A stretch of DNA of 19,621 nt from the NCBI GenBank assembly GCA_905250005.1, contig CAJNOH010000501.1, positions 45,788 to 65,408 on the forward strand, given 5' to 3'. The notes beneath the pieces were generated by a model that worked only from the letters and a program-made list of their open reading frames with translations, searched no databases and was not told the DNA's origin. Positions 1-11,063 of this stretch are shown piece after piece. The stretch is from Rotaria sordida (lineage: Eukaryota). A program made the translations under genes and the position numbers. Position 1 is the stretch's first letter. Each line of letters starts with the position of its first letter.

Positions 1-1009
1 CCTTCGATGTACAAAAGCTAGAAACAAAAAAAATACCAAGAATGTAATAAGAAAGACGAATACGATGGGAATTATATATATCTGCGTTGATAAATGAAAA
101 ATGAAAAATATAAAACAAAAATAGATTGTGAAGCGAGAAGGGTGGGAATATTTGGATTTAAGTTTCCATCTGTTCGATCAATCGAAAATTAATAAAATAA
201 AGATAACGCAATGTGAGATCTGGTCAAAAATATTGCAATAAGTATCAAGTAGACATGATTAGTTACCATTACCTGACGGATACGTTCACCATCAGATCTA
301 GGAGAAATTATCCGGAGAGTATTCAAAAACTTTGGATGCCGTCGAATGGGTGGACATCGGTCTTTTCAACGAGCTATTTTTCAATTGTCTTCTATGTCAT
401 CGCTTCTTTACTCTATCAGCAAGGATCTTTCGCCAACACAAGACTTACACTAGTATCAAGTTTGAGATTATGAGATAAGCAAAAGTTTATATTTCTACTA
501 TTTACAGAGTTGGTATACGGATCGTCTGATTGCTTATGCACAAAGTGAATTTTCGTTGTTTTGCAATCGATTGTTTTTTCTTCGTTCAGTCAATTTTGAG
601 TAACATTGTTTTAGATCTTTTATTCTGAGATTACATGATATTAAACATGCCCAATCATAAATCATAAAATTACGTATGATCTCAGCTTGCTCTCGATTCT
701 ATGAGAACGGAAAGTTATTTCTTCTTTTGTTCTGGTTTTTTAAGAACCAAATTGAACAAACAAACCTTTATAATCCGATAGGTTTAATTTAATAATATAA
801 AATAACTTCAATCATTTTCATTTCGATAGCATTTCAGATTGTTTGATGGTTTTTCTTTCTTATGATCTAATTGAATAAAATTATTTCAGTATACTTTTCA
901 CCCTTTTTTTTTACATGACAACATTCCAGATTGGATCTCGGTTTTTAAGGAACCAATTTCATTATCATCTTATTCACGAGCAGAAACATATACCCAGTAA
1001 ATACATGGA

Positions 1010-1077
1010 AGAGTGTGGGTGAGTATACGTGTGGATGTGCATGAATACAATTGTAACCCACACCCACACCCTTTTCT
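1010..1077. repeat. Telomere-like (TGTGGG-type) inverted cassette
   Basis: GAGTGTGGGTGAGTATACGTGTGGATG ... AACCCACACCCACACCCTTTTCTTT. Confidence 0.65.
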
Positions 1078-1163
1078 TTATTATTTATTATTAAATGTAT
1101 TCACCGAATTAAAACAAATAATACTTATTCATCGTTTTATCTTTAGATAATAAAAATTCAACA

Positions 1164-2165
1164 ATGGATTTTGCAGTTTCTAAATTTGAGTTTTACGATA
1201 TACTTCAAACTGAATATGGCTTTGATGATATCATATCTGTTAATACTTTGCCAGGTGGCTATATTGAAGAGGAAACCTGGTTAGTTTGTCTCAAATTGAA
1301 TAGAAAATATGTGGTAAAAATAATTGATTATCGATTTAATATTGATCATCTGAAAACTATTCTCAACTTTCAAAATTATCTTTATTCGAATCTAAATTAT
1401 CCGTGTTCATTGATTGTTTCGACATTGAGCTCAAAACTTGTTGTTCAAATCGACAATGATCATTATCTTTTCATACAAACATTTCTCGATGGTCATGTAC
1501 CATCTTTGATCGAGCTTGACGAATCCTATTTAATGAAAATGGGCACTTTACTTGGACAATGGCGTCTAGCATCACGAACTTTTATGTCCATAATACCTTC
1601 TACAAATATAGAGAAACGAGAATTAACAGATCAGTGGTGGATAGAACAGTTTGATCGTCTTTCTCTATGTAAACATCTCGAGAAAATCGATATCGACTAT
1701 CTTCGTTTGATACTATTTGAATGTCGAGAGAGATTGAACGGAAAAATCGATCAATTAGAACAAGGTCTAATTCATAATGATTTTCAACCGAGTAATACAC
1801 TTTGTACTAATGATGATCGTCAAGTCTACGTAATTGATTTTGGTGAAGCTTGCTATGCTCCTTTGATTGTTGACTTGGCTACAGCTCTCTTTCTATTGCT
1901 TACTAATGGTATTGACGATGATAAAAGATTGAATATATTTCTTGTATCATATCAAAATCTAATTCGATTAGATCGACATGAAATTGAACTTCTCGATATT
2001 GTTGTTCGTCTCAAATTGACTACCAATTTCATTGGTGATTGTGCTAATGTTAAATCAAAAGAAGAATACGATCATTCATCATGGCTTCAATCATGTTCAA
2101 AATGGATTGATATTCTTCATCAAGAGAAACGCAATCTATTTCAAACAATGCTGTGTAATAAATGA
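1164..2165 (+). CDS. Intronless APH/choline-kinase-fold phosphotransferase, hydroxylysine-kinase-like
   Basis: Uninterrupted 333-aa ORF with catalytic-loop motif GLIHNDFQPSN (HxDxxxxN) followed by YVIDFGEACYAPLIVDLATAL, matching the DFG-like segment of the APH family. Ends in TGA at 2163-2165. Confidence 0.8.
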   Translation: MDFAVSKFEFYDILQTEYGFDDIISVNTLPGGYIEEETWLVCLKLNRKYVVKIIDYRFNIDHLKTILNFQNYLYSNLNYPCSLIVSTLSSKLVVQIDNDHYLFIQTFLDGHVPSLIELDESYLMKMGTLLGQWRLASRTFMSIIPSTNIEKRELTDQWWIEQFDRLSLCKHLEKIDIDYLRLILFECRERLNGKIDQLEQGLIHNDFQPSNTLCTNDDRQVYVIDFGEACYAPLIVDLATALFLLLTNGIDDDKRLNIFLVSYQNLIRLDRHEIELLDIVVRLKLTTNFIGDCANVKSKEEYDHSSWLQSCSKWIDILHQEKRNLFQTMLCNK

Positions 2166-2455
2166 CTGATTATAACAGAACAGATTATTGAGTCTGCTTG
2201 GCAAAAATAGACTGAAATATTAGCAACGAAATTATGATTAAGTAGAGAATAATTAATGTTACAGCATTCTGTGGTCAATCGAAATTCTCGATAACTACCG
2301 TTATTTTTATCATTTACTTTATTTTTTTTTTGCTTGTACGTTAACGTATGTGATTCTGACATTGATGAACTTTTCATCAAGTTATTTGACTCTTCTCTAA
2401 AACTGATTAATGATAACATAAATAGTAAGCTAAAAAGTATGACAACGCACAAAGT

Positions 2456-2503
2456 AGTGTGGGTAGGTGTGGGTAGGTGTCGGTTGTCTATGCAGTCACA
2501 TCC
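2456..2503. repeat. Telomere-like G-rich patch
   Basis: GTGTGGGTAGGTGTGGGTAGGTGTCGG followed by CACATCC. Confidence 0.6.
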
Positions 2504-3790
2504 AAAACCTTTATCATTTATATTGTCTCGAAAGAGAGACTATTAATATGCATAAAGAGTAGTTGTATATGTCGACTACTATATGCGCATCTATGTAAAA
2601 TGATCAATTGATGACATACATGTCTTTGCTCATTTGTAATTTCACATAAAGAAACACATGGTCAGCTGTCACATTAATGTTTCAACCCTAGGTGCAGTTC
2701 TTTTTCCATTAAGTTGTTCTCAAGTTTCATTCAGTTTCTATTTAGAATAAGTTTTCCGTATTTTGATCATTGTCTTCATATATCTATGTATACCTGAGCA
2801 AGCATAAAAACACTATTTTTTCTTTTCTTTTCTGTTTTCCTTGTATCTAAATTATTTGATTGGTTAATTTCTATTGGTTGATGATAATCTTTGTCCTCAA
2901 ACAAAGAACACTTATGGAAAAGGAAGAAAAGAACGTAAATTATATTCATTTATAATAACATCACTCGTCTCTTCCAGAACGACACAGAACATTTTACATT
3001 ATATACGAAAAGGTAATGATGAAAAAACGATTCTCTAATTTTGAGTAAACTTAGTTGAGAATTTTTGTTTCCAATAAATTATTTATTAGTATAATCCATT
3101 TCTTCTCTTATATCTCTCTGTTTTAAATAGGCGAGACTTGAAATTTATTCTTAACAAAATGATGAAACCTATTTCATACACTGTATCAATGAGTTGAGAA
3201 TCTAGAATGCTTAATAAATAGCTTTGTCATCCATTCATTAATGAAATATTTTATTGAGACGTTCTCTTTTTTTAGGCAGCTACTGTAGTCTATTATCTGA
3301 ATTAAATTGAAAAAGCTTGGTACATCATTTGTTTATGATCAGAATATGCTGTACTTTATGATTTAAAATATTTTCTAGAATTGCCCTCGTATCTATCTAA
3401 CACAATCGCGTCATTTTTTTTTCGTCATATTCTGGATTCTTAATTCTGAAATAGACTCTGTTGTTTCATTTAACGATTTATAGATTCCAAGTAAAACAAA
3501 ATCATATTAGTTTTCGTTTCTATAGCAGCATTTAAGAAGGGAGAGATCCACATTCTTTCTGAGAATGTCTTCTAAATTGGAGTGTGATTGTTTGCATAAA
3601 AGATATCTAGAGAATATACCGAACCTGATATGCAGCAAGGACAGAAATAAAAACCTAGGTAGAAATTGCAACGGAAAATGGATTTCGGGTAAGGCATTAA
3701 AATTTCCTGTCTGAGAGTGTATGTGCGGATTTGTTAAATAAGAAAAAGAGGCAAAACTCCTAAGAGGTAATTTTTTTTTGTCTTCTAGAT

Positions 3791-5081
3791 ATGCCTGAAG
3801 TAGGACTGTGTGCTGATGAGGCATGTACCAATGAAAAGAAGCAACTGTACGAATGTCACTGTTGTATCCGTTTCATCTGTCTACATCATTTGATCGAACA
3901 CGATGAAAAAGCGACATTAAACAAACAACGATTACAAATATATGCCGTTCAATTGACATCTGTTTTATCTACACTCGAAATGATAATCGAGGAAAATATG
4001 CGTATAACTGAACAACATAAGATACTATTGGAAAAAGCAAAGGTTGCACTTGCTATTTCGTCATCGGCTGATGAAATGCAGAGTATTCTCGATCAAGTAT
4101 ATACAACTATTGCAGCAAATCAAAAGAGTAAAATTTCTGAACGAAAATTTCATGTTGAACTCTCTCTTTTGTAGATGAAGTGGTAGTTAAAGTAGAATCA
4201 TCACTGGCAGAAAACTATTCAATAGTTGGTCAGTTCGATTTCATTTCAGACTATGGATCAACTTCGATCTTTTTTTTTTTTGTTTTTCCAGCTACGAATG
4301 ATTCATGTCAATATTCATCAGTTGATTCAACGCTTATTCACAATGAACCAACGTCTGAAAATGGTGAAAGAGAAGTTTTAGCTGAATATCATTGAAGTTT
4401 GATTTGAACATTTAGATGAGTCGATACTTTGCAATGCTCAACAAGAATTACAGTAGTCATTATTTTTTTTTTCTTTTTGTTCATTTCGATGTTTGAATCG
4501 TTTAGATCATCCAATCTCGACGAGTCAAGTCAAACAAGTAAGTCTCAATCCAAACATAAGATTTTCTTATCTAATTCTTGAAGTTAACCATAATTCAATG
4601 GATATCGATGATAACTCCACACAAATGTATCGTTTCAAGTAAGTTTTCTGCTGAATCATTATAATATTTTAAAAATATTTTATTTTAGTCGACCAGTAGA
4701 TAATACAAAGGTAAAGCAAAGTGATGATAGACCACCTTGATAATCGTGAATTATAAACAGTCATAGTCTAAAGAAAAAAAAATTTTTTAGGATGAAGCCG
4801 ACAATGAAATAAAACAAATACCAATCTCGACAATAATCCATTATTGTGGACTATGTCCATTGACATTTGATGGTGCATTTGGTCTCACCAAAACAAAGCT
4901 TTTAACTCGTCTATGCAGCAGTCAAATAGTTCGTCAAAGAATCTTATATCCTCATTTTATACATGTCCATTCTATGGGAGCCAATTATGCTAAACGCTTA
5001 GTCAAGGCTATCATAGAAGGTCAAGATCCAAAGACGACAAAACTGTTTAGTGATGATGAAGACATTTTCAACAAAAAATGA
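3791..5081 (+). CDS. Multi-exon protein with B-box-like Cys/His N-terminus and a C-terminal Cys-containing block (YCGLCPLTFDGAFGLTK...YAKRLVKAIIEGQDPKTTKLF); resembles a rotifer-type uncharacterised family
   Basis: Exon 1 3791-4127 (MPEVGLCADEACTNEKKQLYECHCCIRFICLHHLIEHDE...). GT-AG intron 4128-4174 (47 nt). Exon 2 4175-4228. Intron 4229-4291. Exon 3 from 4292 (ATNDSCQYSSVDST...). The last block begins after TTTTTTAG at 4791 and reads in frame to TGA at 5079-5081. Small exons between about 4400 and 4720 are plausible but not fixed. Confidence 0.55.
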
Positions 5082-5833
5082 TAAATTAGTATGCTCGTAC
5101 AACGAACCGATTCCGATGTCATCCGAAGCAAATATCAAACACATCGTGTTACTTTCGGTCGATGAATCTCAAATACTTCATTTCGCATCTCATAACAGTA
5201 TATCCGGCGATTGAAAACATAGTTGATGGTTACAAATTAGATCCAACAACGATTGTATTCGACAAGGACGAGAATATTATGCAAGAAGACTATCTCAAAA
5301 GAGGATGAATTATATATCTCAGATAACCAAAGATCTTTCCTTTATACTTGTTATTGTAATATCTCCAATTTATTTTTCTTTTTTTTTTTTTTTAAATATA
5401 TCTCATGTGTGTAAATGATATTAAATCCTACAATTGATTAATTTGACCAATGCGATGATCGATCAAATTAAGAAACATAGTAGAAATTTATTATTAATTA
5501 ATTATATTCAATCCGGTTGATTATGTTTAATTCTAATAGAGATCTAATGTGAGTGATCGATGATGAAGAGAGAAAAGAATTGATGTGCATTATTGATCGA
5601 ATTCATTTCTTTTTCGAACTTTCTAGGCTATCACGTTAGTTTTTTTTCTTGCTTTTCACTTGACAGAATACCTTCAAGCGATGAGAAATTTCACTGAAAA
5701 TTTTCCAGCTTGTAGAAGTAACCAAATAAGCAGCAGATCAATAACCGGCTGAAGAGAAAATGAACCCGAGCAATATTCATGACTATAGTATAATTTAGAA
5801 ATTTTTACTTTGACAAAAATAACATAATATCGT

Positions 5834-5916
5834 ATGAAAAAAAAGAATAAAAGGGCAACTAAATGATTCATTTTTAAAATAAATCATTTAGTTGTTCTTT
5901 TATTCTTTTTTTTCAT
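5834..5916. repeat. Near-perfect 35-bp-arm hairpin
   Basis: ATGAAAAAAAAGAATAAAAGGGCAACTAAATGATT (5834-5868) and the reverse complement of 5882-5916, ATGAAAAAAAAGAATAAAAGAACAACTAAATGATT; 33 of 35 match, 13-nt loop. Confidence 0.9.
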
Positions 5917-6391
5917 TTGATATTGTTAATTATCCATTTATTTTTTGTTCTAAAAATAACACAAGTATTATCACATTCAAATGAGTAATTGATGTATCTT
6001 GTCGTTAAAAACAGCTTCAAATTGTTGCTCACAAAGAATTCTCTCAGCAAACATATTACCATCGATTCACTGGAACACGGTGATACAACTTCATACTTTT
6101 GTTGGCATGTGTGGATGGGTATAGTTTCTGAATTCGTCAGCCACTGACGAGTGCTTTAATATATCAGTAAATTTTTGCGTTGCTGAACTTAAGAATGAAT
6201 GCTAATTATTTTTTTTTAAACGATTTTGTAAACATTTATTGAAGAAATTTTGAACAAAGGAAAACTTGAAAAACAATATGGAATTTATGTTCTATAACCT
6301 TTATTATTTTTCGTAAACAAAGTTTTGAGTTTCGTAAAAGAATCCAACACTAGGTGTCTTTCGCTAGTTCTTTTTGTATTAACTAACAATT

Positions 6392-6984
6392 GAAGATCAT
6401 GCACCGACAAATTAAGAAGATTGTTCATAGTCGAATCAAATGAATGCTCTCGCTCACAGACCAACTAATTTAAAACATGAGCTGCCAATAGCGTACACAG
6501 ATCGAGATGTTTAAATTTTAAGATATTTACAGTTTGTCATGTCCTCATAGTACGAAATTTAATCAACCTTTAATTTTCTTTTTCCATTATGGTTGGATGG
6601 AACACAACTATTTACATAAGGAGAAGTAATATTACACACATTCAAGAGCAATTTGATAGCAATTAAGATTTTGTTGTTGATTACTCTTATAATTCAAAAA
6701 ATGTTACCTTAGACTTCGTAGAATTTGTTTTTTAATATGCGTGATATTGTTTTTTTCTTATGTAAATGGTCCTGTTCCATCCAACCATGACCAAAAAAAA
6801 AACGAACCGTTGATGAAATTTAGTAGTGTGTACACATAACAAACTGTAAACTTCTCTGAAACTCGAATACCTCGGTGTGTGTACTCTATTGGCAGCTCAT
6901 ATTTTTAATTAGTTGGTTTGACAGTGAGAGCATTCATTTAATCTAACTACGATCAATCTTCTTACCTTACAGTATACGATCTTT
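6392..6984. repeat. Long foldback (inverted repeat) with about 250-bp arms; MITE-like candidate
   Basis: Left arm 6392-~6642 (AAATGAATGCTCTCGCTCACAGACCAACTAATTTAAAACATGAGCTGCCAATAGCGTACAC...TACAGTTTGTCATG...GGTTGGATGGAACACAACTATTTACATAAG) pairs with the reverse complement of ~6734-6984 (AAATGAATGCTCTCACTGTCAAACCAACTAATTAAAAATATGAGCTGCCAATAGAGTACAC...TACAGTTTGTTATG...GGTTGGATGGAACAGGACCATTTACATAAG). Confidence 0.88.
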
Positions 6985-7333
6985 TACTCTAAGCGATATA
7001 ATGTTTATATTGTCTTTCTTTACTATGAAATACTTTTGGAAACAAAGTATGAATCGATAAACAAACAAAAAAAGTAAAGTCTTTTGTGCAAGTATGTCAA
7101 CATGATAGCCCTTGGTTTGCAAAAAGTTACTCTTTCTGATTAATGTCCGATTTCGGAAAAAAATTCTGATTTTGAAAAGAAGAATTTCTAATTTTTAAGT
7201 TTTTCATCTAGCAACCTTGGAACAAGCAAAAAGTTCATGTGTGATTCAGATAGAAGAAAAAAAAATAGAGTTACTATCTAATTCAAAAATAAATAAACAA
7301 TTCTGAAAAAGTAAAATTTCAACAGGCAATGAA

Positions 7334-7375
7334 ATGGGCAATTATCCATTTGGCCCTCCCTTGGCTACGCCGCTG
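7334..7375. mobile_element. Solo DNA-transposon terminus candidate
   Basis: GC-rich island ATGGGCAATTATCCATTTGGCCCTCCCTTGGCTACGCCGCTG. Its reverse complement begins CAGCGGCGTAGCCAAGGGAGGGCC, resembling the widespread CAGTGGCGTAGC-type transposon end. Confidence 0.4.
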
Positions 7376-7904
7376 TCTTAGTCGCCATTCAATTAAGACT
7401 ACTTTGAATAATTGACTAACCATTTCTATTCTGGTCATTTCGACTCATGGGAATGTTTTTGTTAAGTGTTTTTTATTATCAAAGGTCAAAGAAAAAGAAT
7501 ACATATATATAATTACAATAACACGACAAAAGAAAATAAATGAAACAGTTGGTACTTAGGTAAATCATGTTTTTTTTTCTCTCTGGTTTTTAGCAATACA
7601 TTCTGTCGACATTACAAACCTCAGAAGAAATCAATATTGTTTTGCTTTTCTAAATGCGCAGTTATCGAAAACTGATTGTTGTTCTCTCTGTCGCCAAATA
7701 TTGATTCTCATTTCTTTCAAACAAAACAGAATAAAAAAGTTCAGATCGATCAAATCAAAATATTTTGAAAATTACTGCACTGTTCTTTCATTTCTAATGG
7801 TTATGTCAACAAAATTTTTCTACTTTTTATTTTGCTGTTTCGTTCTTTGTTCGCGTTTGTATATAGATACGGTTCTTTCCAATCGGTATGCATTTCAATT
7901 TATC

Positions 7905-8906
7905 ATGGGCAATCGATTTGTTGCTAGAAATGCCAATTCGGCAGCGTTGACTGACGAAGGTTTGTTCATCGATCAAATATTTTTCATCATGGATTGGTCT
8001 ATTGATTGACTTGTTGTGATTCTAGAAATTGCTGAATTACAAAAGATTTCCAATCTCAGTGCCGATAGTAAGCAGAAAGAAAATTTGTTTTCTATTCATG
8101 TAGCATTGTTTGTTCTTTTGTAGATGTCAAGAATAATTACAAGGTAATCATAGATTATGTGTGATTTGAACTATCATCTTATATTTTTGTTCGAATGTGC
8201 TTTAGGCCTTCTTGGAAGATAACCCATTAGGTAGAATGGACAAAAAACGATTCCTTTATTGGTGCGATCTATTAAAGCCTGATTTCGATATTAAAGATGA
8301 AGTGGCTTGCGAGTATGTTTAGATGCTCGTCCGATGATTTGAGTCTTTCTTTCTATATATTTAGAAATGCATTTGCTGCATTTGATAAAAATAAAGATGG
8401 AACAATTGACTTCAAAGAATTTACTACGGCATTGACTTTCCTCGGACCAAATACTGTAGAGGCACATGTCGATCTATTTTTTCAAATGTTAGTTCGATTG
8501 AGTGCTGTAGTTTGAGGACAATCTAATATTTCCATTTTATTGAATAGGTATGATATATCCGGCGATGGCTGTTTGGATTATCAGGAACTAATAGATGCCT
8601 TCGAATCTATTGTAAGTTAATCTGAATGTTTCTTTCGAGTAGAATTCAATGAGTGCATAAATAATCATAATTGATTATTCTAGATCTATTTATTGACATT
8701 GGGGAAAAAAACAGCTCCCAAAAGTGCGAAACAGATGGCTTCAGAAGTATTTGCCATGTTTGGTCTCAATGACGATGCAAAAATAAGCAAGGAACAATTT
8801 ATCGAAAGGTAGACGGAATAATTTCTTTTCTTTTTCATATGATTTTGTTCATTTCAGATGTAGAAAAAGTCCTACTCTTCGTGAGATGTGTTTCATTGAA
8901 ACATGA
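7905..8906 (+). CDS. Neuronal calcium sensor/recoverin-like EF-hand protein, 8 exons, 194 aa
   Basis: Exons 7905-7959, 8026-8067, 8124-8143, 8206-8312, 8365-8487, 8548-8611, 8684-8808, 8858-8906, all joined by GT-AG introns of 49-72 nt. Total 585 nt = 195 codons including stop. Protein MGNRFVARNANSAALTDEEIAELQKISNLSADNVKNNYKAFLEDNPLGRMDKKRFLYWCDLLKPDFDIKDEVACENAFAAFDKNKDGTIDFKEFTTALTFLGPNTVEAHVDLFFQMYDISGDGCLDYQELIDAFESIIYLLTLGKKTAPKSAKQMASEVFAMFGLNDDAKISKEQFIERCRKSPTLREMCFIET*. Two canonical EF loops (DKNKDGTIDFKE, DISGDGCLDYQE). Confidence 0.9.
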
Positions 8907-10290
8907 ACAATATTGACAATGAATAATCATTTTTATGTACTCCTTGTATTTTTTTATTTACCTAAACTTAAGTGTTTGAATCAAAGATAATAAATTGAAT
9001 TTTCAGTAGGGTCTAAAGATATGTAAAGTCGCTTTCGATTGATCTCGATTTTGACGAACATCTGTTCCGTATTTTTGACCAATCAGTGATTTTTGATGTA
9101 TTATGAAAAAACTAGTCTAAAACTACAACAGAGTTGATTCACTAATTGAATTTCAATCGACAGATGTTAATTAGAAATATTTGTATTTATCAAAGATGAA
9201 CATGTTCAGAGTGAATGATAACAAGTTTTTTCTGCAGAATTGTTCGCGACGTTTAGGGTAGTTTCAGACGGGAAATCGGTCATAAAAAATACTATAGAAT
9301 AAAAACATTGAATCTTATTTAATTGTCATATGATGGGTATGGAAGTAAATACATTTTTACTAGTTTTCATTCGAGATAATTCTTCTAATTTTTATATATC
9401 AATAAAAAGATGATATCATAGTCCCTATCGATGCTTGGAATTTAAACGAGAGTTGATGAAATAATTATTATCGTATCGCAAAAAATTGAATGGATACTTC
9501 ATCAATGGCAAGATTGATCAAAATTTGCATTTACATAAAAACATGTTTTAAAGCGAAAATGGGACTAGGAGAGGTAACGTTTTATTATCTCATCTAACCA
9601 AACGGTGCAGCATGTTGTAATAATAAAATCTGTATTAGGTCCTCAATTAATTTAAATTTTAGATAAAAGTTATTTATAGCTGATACAAATTGGTGACAAG
9701 TATAAGCAAAACAAGAATCATACTTAGTCATTTCTGACGCCGATGGAATCAAAAATCATACGTCAATACGATAAATAAGAACTACTGACAATGAAATATT
9801 ATATCAAAACAAGTTTTTATTATTGAAACATGTTAAAAGATCAATTTCTAGTTAGACATTGAATATTACATTTTAACAAAGAAAATAGAACAAAAAGATT
9901 TGCCTGTTTGATAATAATCGTAGCAGCAGATTCTAATTTTCTGTCACTCCTTTTAAGAGTTATTCTGTTTGTGATTTTCCACCCGCACTATACGGTACTC
10001 ACCATGTAGGATAACCACCAATACATATTCCTCGAAGATTGAAGTCCTTTGAACAGAATCGAACTTTAAATTTAATTTATATAGTATCGTGATGTCTGTC
10101 AAGTTTCAATGCTAAGTATTTTGAGGAAAGTATTCCCAAAAAGCCTTCGAGTTGACGAAGACACATTCAGATTATTGAACATACCAAAAGCTTGGAAGAA
10201 ACAATGTTTATTGCATCACTTTGACGAATAGTTTTTAACAGTCGTTTAAGGTGAAACCTGACTCAAGTTTTTTCTGAAAAGACGCACCAG

Positions 10291-10365
10291 GGTGGGTGTG
10301 GATGTCGGTTTGACTGTGTGTAAGGGTGTGAGTATGAGGATCTCTTCAATCACACCCACATCCTT
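10291..10365. repeat. Telomere-like hairpin cassette
   Basis: GGTGGGTGTGGATG then AAGGGTGTGAGTATGAGGATCTCTTCAATCACACCCACATCCTT. Confidence 0.65.
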
Positions 10366-10551
10366 GCTATGATCTGTAATGGGGAGGGAGGAGCCGTCAA
10401 AACTTCGACTTAAAACTTATATTCACTATTTTCTCCGAAAATATTACCGTCAAAGTTTGCTCGTATAATTCGAAATTCATTATATGGATCTATCATTAAA
10501 GAAGATAAGTTGATGAGGTTGAATTGAATAGTCAAGACATACAGAAAGAAA

Positions 10552-10607
10552 GATGTAGGTGTGAATGAACAGACGATATTTACTCACACCTACACCCATA
10601 TCCTTTT
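10552..10607. repeat. Telomere-like hairpin cassette
   Basis: ATGTAGGTGTGAATGA ... TCACACCTACACCCATATCCTTTT; GTAGGTGTGA and TCACACCTAC are perfect inverse complements. Confidence 0.65.
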
Positions 10608-11063
10608 CTTTAATTATGTTTTAGAATTTTTTTATCAGTCAACTAGAAACTTTCTCAGTTCTGATTCCTATGACAATTTTAACAATATACTGGCGACATC
10701 TCATAAGATTATTTGTACTTTTAATATACTGGGTGTACGTAAGTAAAATAGCCAATCAACATATTAGACTACTTCAGTCTTCGTCTCCCGCTTCGGTCGA
10801 TTATTCTATTCTTGCTCAACTTATCATTACTATACCCTCTGCCTCTCTCATCTATTATCATGCCTTCTACTTGCTTTCTCTCTCTCACTGTGTAAATGTA
10901 TATACATATGAGCGTGTCGATTAAGCAGTTTTATAGTCATTTATCTATGTATGTGAGTATGTAATGTTTTCAACAATAATCAGACACGTACTCGTATCAT
11001 GCTCATGTAATATTTTATGCATCAATATTCTTTTTTTTTTTTAATATGTATTTTAGATTGAAT

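Noticed and set aside
3507-3824. 105-aa minus-strand ORF
   Set aside because: Overlaps the start of the forward B-box-like exon, no recognisable domain, biased composition.
7701-8009. 102-aa ORF containing a hydrophobic leader upstream of MGNRF
   Set aside because: The frame is just the 5' extension of calcium-sensor exon 1. The downstream part (GLFIDQIFFIMDWSID) is intron sequence; the family supports the start at 7905.
10561-10924. Overlapping ORFs with hydrophobic stretches (LIRLFVLLIYWVY; QLIITIPSASLIYYHAFYLLSLSH), possible receptor fragment
   Set aside because: No diagnostic motif, partly overlaps a telomere-like cassette and CT-rich sequence; not enough support.
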